A stretch of DNA of 56,888 nt from a virus. Lineage: Duplodnaviria; Caudoviricetes. The stretch is taken from positions 1 to 56,888 of the IMG/VR virus record IMGVR_UViG_3300023292_000011. One strand, written 5' to 3'. The notes beneath the pieces are model-generated. The model saw only the letters and a list, made by a program, of their open reading frames with translations. It ran no database searches and was not told the origin of the DNA. The position numbers and the translations under genes are program-made. Positions 21,601 through 30,437 of this stretch are shown in pieces (position 1 is the stretch's first letter; every line of letters begins with the position of its first letter).

Positions 21601-24600
21601 AATATTGACAAAGAAATAGAAAATGCTTGGAAAGAAGTTAAGAGGGCACAAGGTAAAATACTTGGCGGTTTAGTACCAATGAACGCACCGCTTGTTAAAG
21701 CTTCTGTTAAGCTCATTAAAGCTTGCTTTAAAAAAGGTATATATAAACTACAAGACATAACTAAAAGTGTTCTCAGTAGAGTTACAGCAGATAAAAGAAA
21801 CGATTATATAAAAGGATTAAAGCAAGCAATGAATCAGCTCATAGATGATCCTAACACTGATACATCTAAAGTTGGTATGACTAAGGATGAAGTTAATGCT
21901 TATGATCCTGATAAAGTTGTAGAGCCTATTAAGATTGATACAAAAGAAATAAAGAAATCTGAAGTTAAGAAAACTGAAAAGATTGAAACTAAACCTACTG
22001 GAAATATAGAAGATAACAGAGTGTTTAAGTCTCTTGAAAACTCAAGACAGCTTTCTAAAATAAAAAGAAAAATAACTGCAAAGAAAATTTTTAAATCATT
22101 AAAAAGAAACTTAATTGATGAATCAGGCAATTTAAAAGATAAACTACTTGAAACTCCATTAGGTAAAAAAGCAGTAAAATATCAAGAGTTAATGGCAGGT
22201 GCTACTTCAAAGGCTGAACTTCAAATAGATAAAGCTCACAACGATATATATAAAGATCTTACGAAAAAAGAAAAGACAAATTATTTAGATACTTATGTTT
22301 TTGCTAAAAGGTCTATTGAAATATTGAAAAGAAAACCTAATTTTACAGTACAAGCAAATGCTTCCATAGCAGAACTTGAAGCTTTAATAGATGAAATACC
22401 AGATAATGTTATGAAGAAAATAGAGTCTAAGGCAAGTATTTATTGGAAGACACTTGATAGTCAATTAAATCAATTAAAAGAAGCAGGACTTATTACAGAA
22501 AAAGGAATTAAAAGATTAAAAGAAACAGGTGAATATTATTCTCCAAGAGAAGTTCTTGATTATATAGATCCTGACGGAACTTTTTATGATGGCAATGGAA
22601 AAATAACTATTCCTGATAGTGGTATAAAAAAACTTACTGATGAAGGTAGTTTAAGACTTGTAGAAACTGACACAGCATATTTGCTCACATCTGTAATATC
22701 AAGAACTCAAGCAAGAATATCTAAAAATAAAGCAAATGTAGCATTATATGAAATGGCAAAATCTAATCCTGATAACGAAATAGTTACTATTGCTAAAAAA
22801 GATGAAGACCTTCAACCTGGATTTGAAAAGATAAGTGTTATGATAGATGGTAATAAAGAACAATTAATTATGCCATCTGACTTAGCTGTTGAGTGGGTTA
22901 AAAGTAATCCTATATTAAATTCTTTTCAAGCCGAAGTATTAAGTTTAGCAACAGGAACTAAAATTTTAAAAACAATGGCTACTGGTATAAATCCTGAATT
23001 TGTAATTACAAACATGCCAAGAGATATTGCACATATATTTTTATCCACAAATGAATTTTCTCCAACATCTCCTATTGCCGCTGCTCAAATGGCAAAAAGA
23101 CTTTCAGAAGTATTTTCAGATGCAATAAAAAGAAAAGGTCGCTATATTGATTTTATAAACGAAGGTGGTGGAATGGGTTTTCTTACACATCAAGGTAGAA
23201 TTTTTGAAAGAAATATAAACTCAGAAATATCTAAAATCCAAGATGTATTAGGCTATTCAGGAGAAACTTCAGAAATACTTACAAGATTAGCATTAAGAGA
23301 ACAAGCACTTATAAATATTGCAAAAGAAAAAGGTGTTAAAATTTCAGAGCTTTCATTAGAAGATAGAGAAGAAGCAACATGGATAGCAAGAGGCTATCTT
23401 GATTTCTCTCAAGGTGGTAGAATGGCGAAAGCTTTAAACAGTGGCCTTCCATATATAAATGCAAGGATTCAAGGCACAAGAGGTATTTTTAGGGCTTTTA
23501 AAGAAAGACCTGTTCAAACTACTTATAAAGCGGTACAGATTGGAATTGTAAGTTCTCTTCTTTATATGTTGAATTTAGGAATAGATGAAGATGAATATGA
23601 TAAAATATCTCCTTCTGATAAAAGAAATTATTTCAATATATTAGTACCTAACAGCGATTATAAAGATAAAGAAGGAAACAGTAGAAAAGTTTATGTAAAA
23701 ATAGCAAAAGACCAAGGACAAAGAACTATAAGTTATATATTTGAAGCATTGACCGCGAAAGCGTTAGGAAAAGAAATTGATGTAAACCAAATAGTTGAAA
23801 CAATTAAAGACCTTTCACCATATATACCTTCTCAAGATTTACCTCCATTCGTAGATGCTTTTATTTCTTATGGTTCAAATATAGATTTTTGGAGAGGTCA
23901 ACCTATTTGGAAAAAAGAAAAAGTAGAAGCAGGTGCAGAACAAACTTCTTATACACATCCTTTTTTCAGAGCTATAGGAGATAAAACAAACTTGTCTCCT
24001 AATAGATTAAAAGTTGCTCTTGAACAAGTTTTCACATCAGGAAATATTTATACATCAGCAGCAGATTTAGCTTGGAATAAACTTTTCGGGAAAGACAAAA
24101 TAGATGATACTGTAATTCAGAATAAAATATTAAACTTTCCTTTTATACGCAAATTTATGAAAAAGACTGATTCTTATAATAAATATCAAAAGAAAATAGA
24201 TGAAGCTAAAATTAAAGCTAATACAAAAAAATATAGAAACACACTTAAATTAGATGATATGATTCAAGATTATTTCAATGAAAGAAAAACTAAAGAAGAG
24301 GTAAATACTTTTATAGAAAACCAAGAGACTCCTTTAGAAACAAAAAGATTGAAAAGAAGGTTTTCTGATAGTGAAAAGTTAAAAGATATTCCTGATAGAA
24401 GATGGTGGTTTGGAATTAAAGAACTCTCTCCTGAAATAAAAGCACAACAGTTTTGGTTAAGATGGTCTCAATCAAATGATGCTGAAAAGAAACAGTTAAA
24501 AGAAACATTAGATAAATTTCCTGGAATGAAGTCTAAAAGGTTTCTTAAAGCTTTAAACGCAAGAACTGAAAGAGATGAAAAATTTGAACAGGCTTCTAAA

Positions 24601-24648
24601 AAATCTGGTAGAATTAGAACAACAAGGCGAAGAGTGAAAAGAAGATAA
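15646..24648 (+). CDS. 3000-aa internal virion/ejection polyvalent protein with beta-clamp-like, SAM-methyltransferase and LPD38-like regions
   Basis: Gly-rich hydrophobic segment near aa 460-505; QATNG..EFP..INP..FIMPIR; VLDYGSG..SNVLN; NPEFVITNMPRD, LDFSQGG and PYINARIQG C-terminal motifs. Confidence 0.75.
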   Translation: MASSRYVYDKLMANEPAFKALTEQERQTAADDIANQRTTQEESPEPVQGGLSSIQRNQSLPSLSESISLPELSQPQQPQQQQVQPDNETNSIFMNGQKTVFGGDETAVKNVIDYDDTIDFVDKFNPLKEKGIAPEKAAVSAFAYGAIKNKIQNVSLKKLLQTGRETFKQRLKTLVPTATDNVVDNMTNNAFRRVAKGDVTLNDFFVEAGQTNSVNAPTMESVQVDASQGPSASTAREGKDIAEFIYKNVKADESDRKFASKNYYEYLMFQDENNLINENEKVKLDYINTKMDMSLDIADDNEYEISKKSLMNDIFNIIPEKSMQSFEYRGDVRESKIEQVSDNVEVKDEESLDTDQYFDVNNMDQYDDATIAQAMSVLGKRASSILGDFLPAKIGSTIKGKDVKLEDVGAIDKFIARNMKEGATTRTLTPEERKKVVIPLPYVDDITLGTVEDAAESLAFSLSNLLVTGSAALVGSAIGAGEGSLVSPGVGTAIGAGLGLVGGIASTKRQIENDFLRDMRARFLEANPGPITPELKEKWNKTKKLLDKHAEFRGWWEAGPETVGNLLTMGMFRLPVGKAIGAIPGLKSDTAKLIGSALIKTSFAQSTELLGETVTEVKQSEDDAKLGLIKKPLTYNEAFKRVAPGTIIQGLLSASGGKVTTELESKIKKYFPKKDKNKTNQTDNEKLDKLQAQEADRGVEVDLTEQTKPEVIAEDIDNLDALFAEAEATFEPAETETKPEVEPVVDKVQQKPVIEPIQEKIQSETKIESVKEDINVKEKPLVETVKDKVEPKKKEIIKPNEKQIKIINILKKTTSLFKQNFLSSTPEAIKKYIDSLKDSLMVGEELNIKNVGVNTDKLKTFMSNHIKKIIKKTGVSDGDINIIYKRLTDEINKAGNELVPIKNLLDNVIKKASNEIRTGTVQENINREASLSLKQNKKKLKYYQGEIDANLNRTKEYKKEIKEYKKRKENYKGQWDSSIKLRERFIKENKNRLVEYKEKIETFNKKIKELNIETGKIIGKTNFDIESKKEVEPVHETAISRAMKLAKEKKANKKPLVEAVKTKVEAKKQKTIITPQKQEVQPEAKIEPVKVKPTLKETVKQKVAVKKADKYTFDIPKDKFSIYKVNTPKGVKYAVKLPKELSQSFSDPFYDTIEIAEKEQTFEIEKEKRNIAFNKKQEIIKTEETIKKKEQENVDGFDKDMPKMRRGQVIKALNKMFNFDGKLMTRKEKVRELVNDNAKISVEEVDKIQPMTRLASNRANQREQDAHEQRIKDSGKKKIYYVGGYDLGKTAYDYANHLMEKKTSVGDMSEKNVTSKGNLIAGEYYGKNFPESFISKLKELLSGVLPKTPKKKEDKIIIPGLAKVIDIDVTPIKKKIKKSNNPIEEIIIPFADKTREKIQYSGVFFDKKNQRIQATNGGIFITVEADVKEGGIFEIDKNNKKLTGKKLNAEFPYASEIIDNSSNQKYKQMKTDDLLDKARGMSAVEKLLQNKDDVLAKIKQGDLELRINPNNLQKALETFKKLGIDEIEVSIKEAYEPMRIRDANNKKNIAFIMPIRNSFAKVTTSFDLNNPTGKQDTKLQAVDKDIDDTWNKLNKENNKRLGMNPLPSLKATVLTTKLVYNYAKKGMYIFEDIINDLKNKFGVVSEKIKNNIKNILSKSPIKTKSGTKIKRYKNIVGKEIGGKIYVHKKYADKVIPKQLLNNAKKILNESNPEFKYNAISYDKKTDTVRFDEAPDFNSATEPTIGNYISITQNKEVSKGSSNSIWHHKWLWVTDDYNGFNVYDSKNRSRYWLSKINGKASGSKTIFEQQLKANDENKENEIFTDTFSEQAGKTARPWKVTKTYKAALEIIKDGDNVLDYGSGPFQKVKSSVKSKGGKYFAFDRYGNIGDISFLKNKDVVMGSNVLNTAVYADNPTKAYHEALNEMASALKPNGTLVVNMPSSGPQATWMNSIGLENDLKNIFKNVKRKGEVVFASGLKEKSIRNINIDKEIENAWKEVKRAQGKILGGLVPMNAPLVKASVKLIKACFKKGIYKLQDITKSVLSRVTADKRNDYIKGLKQAMNQLIDDPNTDTSKVGMTKDEVNAYDPDKVVEPIKIDTKEIKKSEVKKTEKIETKPTGNIEDNRVFKSLENSRQLSKIKRKITAKKIFKSLKRNLIDESGNLKDKLLETPLGKKAVKYQELMAGATSKAELQIDKAHNDIYKDLTKKEKTNYLDTYVFAKRSIEILKRKPNFTVQANASIAELEALIDEIPDNVMKKIESKASIYWKTLDSQLNQLKEAGLITEKGIKRLKETGEYYSPREVLDYIDPDGTFYDGNGKITIPDSGIKKLTDEGSLRLVETDTAYLLTSVISRTQARISKNKANVALYEMAKSNPDNEIVTIAKKDEDLQPGFEKISVMIDGNKEQLIMPSDLAVEWVKSNPILNSFQAEVLSLATGTKILKTMATGINPEFVITNMPRDIAHIFLSTNEFSPTSPIAAAQMAKRLSEVFSDAIKRKGRYIDFINEGGGMGFLTHQGRIFERNINSEISKIQDVLGYSGETSEILTRLALREQALINIAKEKGVKISELSLEDREEATWIARGYLDFSQGGRMAKALNSGLPYINARIQGTRGIFRAFKERPVQTTYKAVQIGIVSSLLYMLNLGIDEDEYDKISPSDKRNYFNILVPNSDYKDKEGNSRKVYVKIAKDQGQRTISYIFEALTAKALGKEIDVNQIVETIKDLSPYIPSQDLPPFVDAFISYGSNIDFWRGQPIWKKEKVEAGAEQTSYTHPFFRAIGDKTNLSPNRLKVALEQVFTSGNIYTSAADLAWNKLFGKDKIDDTVIQNKILNFPFIRKFMKKTDSYNKYQKKIDEAKIKANTKKYRNTLKLDDMIQDYFNERKTKEEVNTFIENQETPLETKRLKRRFSDSEKLKDIPDRRWWFGIKELSPEIKAQQFWLRWSQSNDAEKKQLKETLDKFPGMKSKRFLKALNARTERDEKFEQASKKSGRIRTTRRRVKRR

Positions 24649-24671
24649 TATAATAAAGTAAAGGAATAAAC

Positions 24672-25574
24672 ATGGCTACAATGACTTTAGCAGACATGAT
24701 TGAAAAAGTTGCCTACGCTATCCATGATCCGAATCATCAACGATTTACAAAGAAGCAAATAAGAAATGCTATTGCTGATGAAATGACATGGTACTGTAAA
24801 GATCTTGGAATCTTAAAGAAGATATCAAAGTTGATTATCTTTACTAAGGGTGTTGCTATTTACAAGATAGCTTCTGACTGTATGGAAATAATCAGAATGA
24901 AGATGGTTGGATATAGTGGACAAGTTATAAGACCAACTACACAAGAAATTATTGATATAAACCAAAGTAACGGTAATGCTTATGGCTATGACTTTGAAAA
25001 CAATTATGACGAAAGCAACCAGGGAACTCCCTCATACTTTCTAAAAGACACAGTGGAGTATGGATATATAAAACTGTTTCCTATACCAAATTTAAGTGGT
25101 GGTGCTACTGTTGATGGAGATTATGGTGCAGCAAGTGTTATTACAGTAGGTGGAGAAGTGGTAGACACAGAAGGTGAATATGGTATTCCAAGATACCTCA
25201 CTGATGATTCAGGTACATTCATAGAAGCTGATACAGGTGCTATGTCAACAGATGGCGATGTAGGGGCTCCTGTATTGTTTGCTGCTGATAATGGTGGAGC
25301 ATTGTATGATTATTACAAAACAGCAAGTGTACCTGCATGGGCTACAACAGCTGATGATGCTAACCTTACTGAAGTTGTAGTAGATACTGTACCAGACTTT
25401 ATGTTAAAAGATTTTGAATTACTTGCTGCAAGTAGCATACTCAGAACTTCAAGAAAGAAAGAAGATAAAGAAGAAGCTGCTTATTATGCAATGGAATTTA
25501 AAAGAGAAAAACAACAAACAAAAAGAGTTAAAAGCAGCTTAGCTTCATTACATAATAATTGTACTCCTATGTAG
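24672..25574 (+). CDS. Head-tail adaptor (tail tubular A-like)
   Basis: TLADMIEKV..DPNHQRFT N-terminus, GTPSYF..IKLFPIP motif. Confidence 0.7.
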   Translation: MATMTLADMIEKVAYAIHDPNHQRFTKKQIRNAIADEMTWYCKDLGILKKISKLIIFTKGVAIYKIASDCMEIIRMKMVGYSGQVIRPTTQEIIDINQSNGNAYGYDFENNYDESNQGTPSYFLKDTVEYGYIKLFPIPNLSGGATVDGDYGAASVITVGGEVVDTEGEYGIPRYLTDDSGTFIEADTGAMSTDGDVGAPVLFAADNGGALYDYYKTASVPAWATTADDANLTEVVVDTVPDFMLKDFELLAASSILRTSRKKEDKEEAAYYAMEFKREKQQTKRVKSSLASLHNNCTPM

Positions 25575-25593
25575 GGAGTTGAAAGGGTTTAAA

Positions 25594-26454
25594 ATGAAAA
25601 AGAAAATACTATCATTTATTTTGATTACTTTTATGATTGCAAGCATTTCAAATGCTGCAGTAGTAAAAGACGGTAAGAGAGAAGAAACTTTTAATAACAT
25701 AGTTACTTCTGTATTAGCTGTAACTGGCAACGGAACTATCGGTGGTAGTCTTGCAGTGACAGGCGCAGCAAGTGCAGGTTCTATGCTTGTTGAAACATCA
25801 GGTGCAGCAAAGTTAGATCTCAATGATACAGCAGGTCTAAGATTTAGAATATACTCTGAAAATGGTATAGGACTTAGTTTTTTAGATGTTACAAATGCTG
25901 CGTTAAGAATGTTAATAGGACCAACAGGCGATGTCAATATATATGAAAAATTAACAGTAGCAAAGAAGCTGACAGTATCTTCTGGTGGTGCTGATATTAG
26001 TGGCACTCTCACAACAGGTGGAAGTGTTGATACCACTGGTCAACTAATTGTAGGATCAAGAGGTGGTTTGGATGAAGATGTTATAACAGAACGATTTGAT
26101 ATTGCGACAGGCGGAGTTAAGGGACTTTTAACAGTAAATGATATAGTTGGTCCTTCTGATATTTTTAGACAAGATTTATTATTTGATGGAACTACTATGA
26201 GTCTATCTTTTAATAGTCTTTATAACACTACTGATGGATATAACTCTTTTGAGATTCTGAAGTTGAGTGGCGATAAGTCCGCTACATTCGGTGGCACTCT
26301 CACAACTGCCGACAAGCTGACAGTATCTTCTGGTGGACTCGATGTAACAGGCACTATAACGACATCAACAGGTGCAACAGGTTCATTCACCACGGTAGAC
26401 GGCAAAACAGTAACAGTAATATCTGGCATAATAACAGCTATTGTAACACCATAA
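25594..26454 (+). CDS. Tail-fibre-like protein with internal repeats and N-terminal signal peptide
   Basis: LTVSSGG/GTLTT repeats; C-terminal GSFTTVDGKTVTVISGIIT; MKKKILSFILITFMIASISNA. Confidence 0.7.
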   Translation: MKKKILSFILITFMIASISNAAVVKDGKREETFNNIVTSVLAVTGNGTIGGSLAVTGAASAGSMLVETSGAAKLDLNDTAGLRFRIYSENGIGLSFLDVTNAALRMLIGPTGDVNIYEKLTVAKKLTVSSGGADISGTLTTGGSVDTTGQLIVGSRGGLDEDVITERFDIATGGVKGLLTVNDIVGPSDIFRQDLLFDGTTMSLSFNSLYNTTDGYNSFEILKLSGDKSATFGGTLTTADKLTVSSGGLDVTGTITTSTGATGSFTTVDGKTVTVISGIITAIVTP

Positions 26455-26477
26455 TTAATACGAGGAGAATAAATAAA

Positions 26478-28388
26478 ATGATTAAAAAAAACTGGATAAT
26501 ACTTTTTATATTTTTATCAATAATAGGATTATCTTCTGCTAAATCTATAACTGCATATTTTACACAACTTGCACTTGAAGATTTGTATGTAACATCTGGT
26601 TCAACAGTTTCTGCTACAGATAGTCATGGACGAGCATTTAAGAGTCCATCAGGCACAGCAAGAACTATGACTCCTATTAATCTTCAAAACATTGCAGATC
26701 AAGCAGGTGAAACATATCCACCAGAAGTAGTTAATAAATATTGGCACACTGTAAAAGAAGCTCCTTATAGTGCAACAGGAGACGGAACAACTAACGATTA
26801 TATAGCCATAAATTCAGCTATAATAGCAATAGGTTCAGATAACGCTACTCTCTATTTTCCTTCTGGTAGTTATTACACAACGAATAATTTAAGTTTTGGA
26901 AATAATATAGAACTTAGATTTGACGAAGGTGCAAGTTTAAAGCCTGCTTCAGGAATTGTAATTTCTGTAGGTGGAAGTATAACAAGTACAAATACAAATA
27001 TACTTGATATATCTTTAAGCGGTTCATTTACTTTTGGAACACAAACAAGTTTAGAAATAATACCTCAATGGTTCGGTTTTTCTTCTTCTGCTACTGCAAC
27101 TGTAAATACAACAGCATTGCAAACTTCATTAGAATTAGCTCAAACTCATGGAAAACTTAAATTATTACCAGGAAACTATCTTATAAATGACACTATAACT
27201 GCATCTTTTACTGCAACAGCAACACAAGTAAATTTAATAGGTTGTGATGGTTTCATACTTACATGGTCTGGTTCTGGAAGCAAGCCTGTAATAAATTTTA
27301 AAGGTGTTACAGGTGGAGGATATTATACCACTTGTACTATTGAAAATATTAAAATAGTAAATGGAAATTTAGCTTCTGACTTAATAGGGATTCAATTAGG
27401 AACATCTGGCGTATCTAATGCAGGTGTAGGAAATGTAACAATAAATAAAAATGAAATAATTGAATGTGCTAAAGGAATAGTTAATTATTTTGAATCAGAT
27501 GAAATGTCATGCAAAGAAAATTATATTGCTAAATATACTACAACTGGCATTGAAAGTTACAGTAACGCTTTAGTTATAGAAAAAAATCATTTACAAGCAG
27601 GAGCTACTTCGAGCATAGGAATAAATGTAGAAGGAGCATCTGTATATATAAAATCTAATATTATTCAAAGCTCAGAAGGAATAACTGGAATACAATTAAC
27701 TGATGTATATGTTTTTTCTGTTAATGAAAATTATATTGAAGCACTTGCTTCTTGTTTAGGTAAAGAGGCTATAAGTCTTATTAATTGTAATTCAGGAAAT
27801 ATTTCAGAAAACAAAACAAATGGCATGGTTGGTGGAACAATGTTGAAAATAGATGCTACTTGTGAAAATATAACAATAGGGGCAAATAGACACACCATCA
27901 GTGGAGGTTCTGTAACTTTAACAGATATAGATTCAAGTGCTATTCAAATATCCTTTATAGGAACATTTTCAAGTTCTGCTGGATGTGACTTTCCAGATAA
28001 TGTAAATGTTAGATTTAAAGCTGATATTCCTGAAAATTTTACAACAGGCACAGGCTCAAGAACTGTATCTAAAATTTTTAATTCTATAGGTGGAGATAAA
28101 TCTGCAGCTTGTTATGGCTCTTTTGTAAATATTTCTGGCATAAGTACGAAAACTATTTTTACAGCGGTTGCAGGTTCTTGTTATATAGTGCATGCATCTC
28201 AAGGTGTAGAGGATTATGCAGTTTCAGGAATAGTTCATGTTCCTTTAACTGGTTCTACTGCTGAATATACTGAGCTTCAAAAAACTAACGCAAACTTAAT
28301 TATTTCAACAACTGGTTTAGAAGTTCAAGCAGAAAACGGAATAAGTGCAACCAGAACAATACAATATGGAGCAATAAGAATATATTAG
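26478..28388 (+). CDS. Tailspike/depolymerase (pectate-lyase-like beta-helix) with N-terminal signal peptide
   Basis: ATGDGTTNDYIAINSAI..LYFPSGSY, IPQWFG, LLPGNYLI; Asn/Ile beta-helix repeats. Confidence 0.8.
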   Translation: MIKKNWIILFIFLSIIGLSSAKSITAYFTQLALEDLYVTSGSTVSATDSHGRAFKSPSGTARTMTPINLQNIADQAGETYPPEVVNKYWHTVKEAPYSATGDGTTNDYIAINSAIIAIGSDNATLYFPSGSYYTTNNLSFGNNIELRFDEGASLKPASGIVISVGGSITSTNTNILDISLSGSFTFGTQTSLEIIPQWFGFSSSATATVNTTALQTSLELAQTHGKLKLLPGNYLINDTITASFTATATQVNLIGCDGFILTWSGSGSKPVINFKGVTGGGYYTTCTIENIKIVNGNLASDLIGIQLGTSGVSNAGVGNVTINKNEIIECAKGIVNYFESDEMSCKENYIAKYTTTGIESYSNALVIEKNHLQAGATSSIGINVEGASVYIKSNIIQSSEGITGIQLTDVYVFSVNENYIEALASCLGKEAISLINCNSGNISENKTNGMVGGTMLKIDATCENITIGANRHTISGGSVTLTDIDSSAIQISFIGTFSSSAGCDFPDNVNVRFKADIPENFTTGTGSRTVSKIFNSIGGDKSAACYGSFVNISGISTKTIFTAVAGSCYIVHASQGVEDYAVSGIVHVPLTGSTAEYTELQKTNANLIISTTGLEVQAENGISATRTIQYGAIRIY

Positions 28389-28414
28389 TAAACAAAACAT
28401 AGAAAGATTTAACA

Positions 28415-28813
28415 ATGACAAAACTAACGATAATACTTAAAACAATACAAGAAATGATTAAATCAGGCATACCTTGGTATGTATGGTTGTTCATATTTGT
28501 AATAGCTTCAGTATTCTCTATTCCTGCAATTATATCCTTTTACACAGCATATAAGATTAAAAACGCTCCATGTATGAATAGTAAGATGTCTTGTGCAGAT
28601 GCAGTTATGACTTCAGATATATTCATTTCAATAAATAAAATTGCTCCTGCTATATCTGAAATGCAAAGAGATGTTAATATTTGTAAGGATAAACTAAAAG
28701 AAATGAGAAACGATAATAATAGTTTTAATTCTCATGTACAGGATTTAGCTCTCTTAATGGCAAGGTTACAAGGCAGTCTTGATACCATACTAAGTCAGGG
28801 AGGTCGTAAATGA
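28415..28813 (+). CDS. Membrane protein (one TM plus coiled coil), holin-like candidate
   Basis: Hydrophobic IPWYVWLFIFVIASVFSIPAIISFY; upstream of endolysin. Confidence 0.5.
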   Translation: MTKLTIILKTIQEMIKSGIPWYVWLFIFVIASVFSIPAIISFYTAYKIKNAPCMNSKMSCADAVMTSDIFISINKIAPAISEMQRDVNICKDKLKEMRNDNNSFNSHVQDLALLMARLQGSLDTILSQGGRK

Positions 28814-28992
28814 TTGACTACGAAGCTGCTCAGTTAGGTGTCAGGAGCATGGATAAGCTTATAGAACATTATAAAAAGAAACATCCTGATAAGAATATGA
28901 CTACTGTAATAATAAATGTTATTGCAAAACATCAAGATGAATGTGGTTTTGGAAGGAATGTTCATGAACAGTTACAGTCCAGAATGGTTTAA
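28810..28992 (+). CDS. Hypothetical protein
   Basis: GGAGG RBS; ATGA overlap. Confidence 0.5.
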   Translation: MIDYEAAQLGVRSMDKLIEHYKKKHPDKNMTTVIINVIAKHQDECGFGRNVHEQLQSRMV

Positions 28993-29401
28993 AATATTTG
29001 AATTAGTAGATAAAAAAACTTATGAAAAATATAAAAATAGACCTGATTATTTATTAAGATTTTTTGATCCAAGAATACTATGGACTATGGATTCTATCAG
29101 AAATCACTTTAAACGCTCTGTAACAGTAAATGATTGGTATTGGGGTGGTAATTATCAATATAGAGGATTAAGGCCTTTTAATTGCAAAATAGGAGCAATA
29201 TTAAGTATGCACAAATATGGCAGGGCTATTGATTCTAAAATGGAGGATATGTCTGCTGAAGAAATAAGACAAGATATATTTAATAACCAAGATGCAGATA
29301 GATATAAATATATAACCAGGGTAGAAATGAAAGTTTCATGGCTTCATCTGGATACAAGTAATGTAGATATAAGTAAAGGTATAATAAAAATATTTCCTTA
29401 G
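28964..29401 (+). CDS. Endolysin, peptidase M15 family
   Basis: R..SMHKYGRAID and WLHLD zinc-ligand motifs; RBS favours ATG 28964. Confidence 0.85.
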   Translation: MNSYSPEWFKIFELVDKKTYEKYKNRPDYLLRFFDPRILWTMDSIRNHFKRSVTVNDWYWGGNYQYRGLRPFNCKIGAILSMHKYGRAIDSKMEDMSAEEIRQDIFNNQDADRYKYITRVEMKVSWLHLDTSNVDISKGIIKIFP

Positions 29402-29411
29402 GAGGAACAAA

Positions 29412-29786
29412 ATGGGTTTATTTAGTTTTAATAATTTAAAGAATGGTGTAGCAAAGAAGGCAGTTGATTATCTTTTGAATAAGAAGGATGCTCTTAAAAC
29501 ATTGGGAGCTATGGCAATAGGATTAGTCAAAGAAGAGGTAATATCTTTCCTAAGAGATCCTAAGAGACTTCAGGATGCAAGAATAGCTGTTGTTGATTTT
29601 CTTAATGATTTCATAGACACCGAAAGTGAAAGACAGAACTATGTTGACGGACTTAAAAAGGTTCTTCCTTTTATTGATCCAAAAGATATAGACACTTACA
29701 TGGGAATTGAAAAGATATCTCAGCTTAATGACTTCCTTCAGAAACTTGAATTTAATCTCAGAGAAGAAAGAAAAGAGTTGAAATGA
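29412..29786 (+). CDS. Hypothetical protein in lysis module
   Basis: AGGAGG RBS. Confidence 0.6.
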   Translation: MGLFSFNNLKNGVAKKAVDYLLNKKDALKTLGAMAIGLVKEEVISFLRDPKRLQDARIAVVDFLNDFIDTESERQNYVDGLKKVLPFIDPKDIDTYMGIEKISQLNDFLQKLEFNLREERKELK

Positions 29787-29989
29787 ACAAGGAACTTTTA
29801 ACACAAGTATTTACAGAATCATCTAAAGACGGCCTGCTTGTTGTTATGACTGCTTTATTATTCTTTGCATATCAATTTAAAGATAACTTTAATCATTGTG
29901 CTTACTGCCTTACAGGAGCCTTTATAATAGCAATGATAAGAGTATTTTTGAAAACATATCTCTCTATCAAATATAAAAAGAAACTTTAA
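29783..29989 (+). CDS. Two-TM small membrane protein, holin candidate
   Basis: Two hydrophobic helices and a basic C-terminus. Confidence 0.5.
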   Translation: MNKELLTQVFTESSKDGLLVVMTALLFFAYQFKDNFNHCAYCLTGAFIIAMIRVFLKTYLSIKYKKKL

Positions 29990-29998
29990 GGTGATATC

Positions 29999-30313
29999 AT
30001 GGCAATAAAAAGGTTTAATGAGTCAGAAGAAGATTCTAAAAAAAGAGCAAAAAAAATAAACAATAAGTACAGCAGAAAGAAAACAAAAGCCGATCTAAAA
30101 CAGATGCACAAAGAAGCATTTTATCAGAGAAAAAATAAAGCTCCTTTTTTCATAGAAGAATTGGGAACAAGATTTGATGATTTTGTTGATGGTTTTGAAA
30201 ACAAAAGAGATCTTGAAAAGAAAGTGAACAAAACTCCAATGTCAGGAACACTGGCAGGAATAGTGAGAGAGCCTATGAAAAAGAAAAATAAAAAGAAAAC
30301 AATGAAAAAATAA
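29999..30313 (+). CDS. Basic hypothetical protein
   Basis: AAGGTGA RBS; Lys-rich. Confidence 0.55.
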   Translation: MAIKRFNESEEDSKKRAKKINNKYSRKKTKADLKQMHKEAFYQRKNKAPFFIEELGTRFDDFVDGFENKRDLEKKVNKTPMSGTLAGIVREPMKKKNKKKTMKK

Positions 30314-30349
30314 CACTTTCAAGTCCACCACCTTTATACTATATTATAT

Positions 30350-30386
30350 ATTGCCTGGCATATCATGTGTCAGGCAATTCTTTTTT
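30350..30386 (+). terminator. Terminator ending the late operon
   Basis: ATTGCCTGGCA / TGTCAGGCAAT stem then TCTTTTTT. Confidence 0.75.
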
Positions 30387-30406
30387 AAATAAAAAAAAAT
30401 AAAGTG

Positions 30407-30435
30407 TTGACATAGGTTTTAATAGGTGATATAGT
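30407..30435 (+). promoter_or_regulatory. Sigma70 promoter for the middle operon
   Basis: TTGACA-17-TATAGT with extended -10 TG and an A-tract upstream. Confidence 0.8.
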
Positions 30436-30437
30436 TG

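Noticed and set aside
16074-22130. Minus-strand ORFs within the giant gene (and similar shadows elsewhere)
   Set aside because: Antisense shadows of long plus-strand genes, with Ser/Phe/Leu-rich composition and no RBS.
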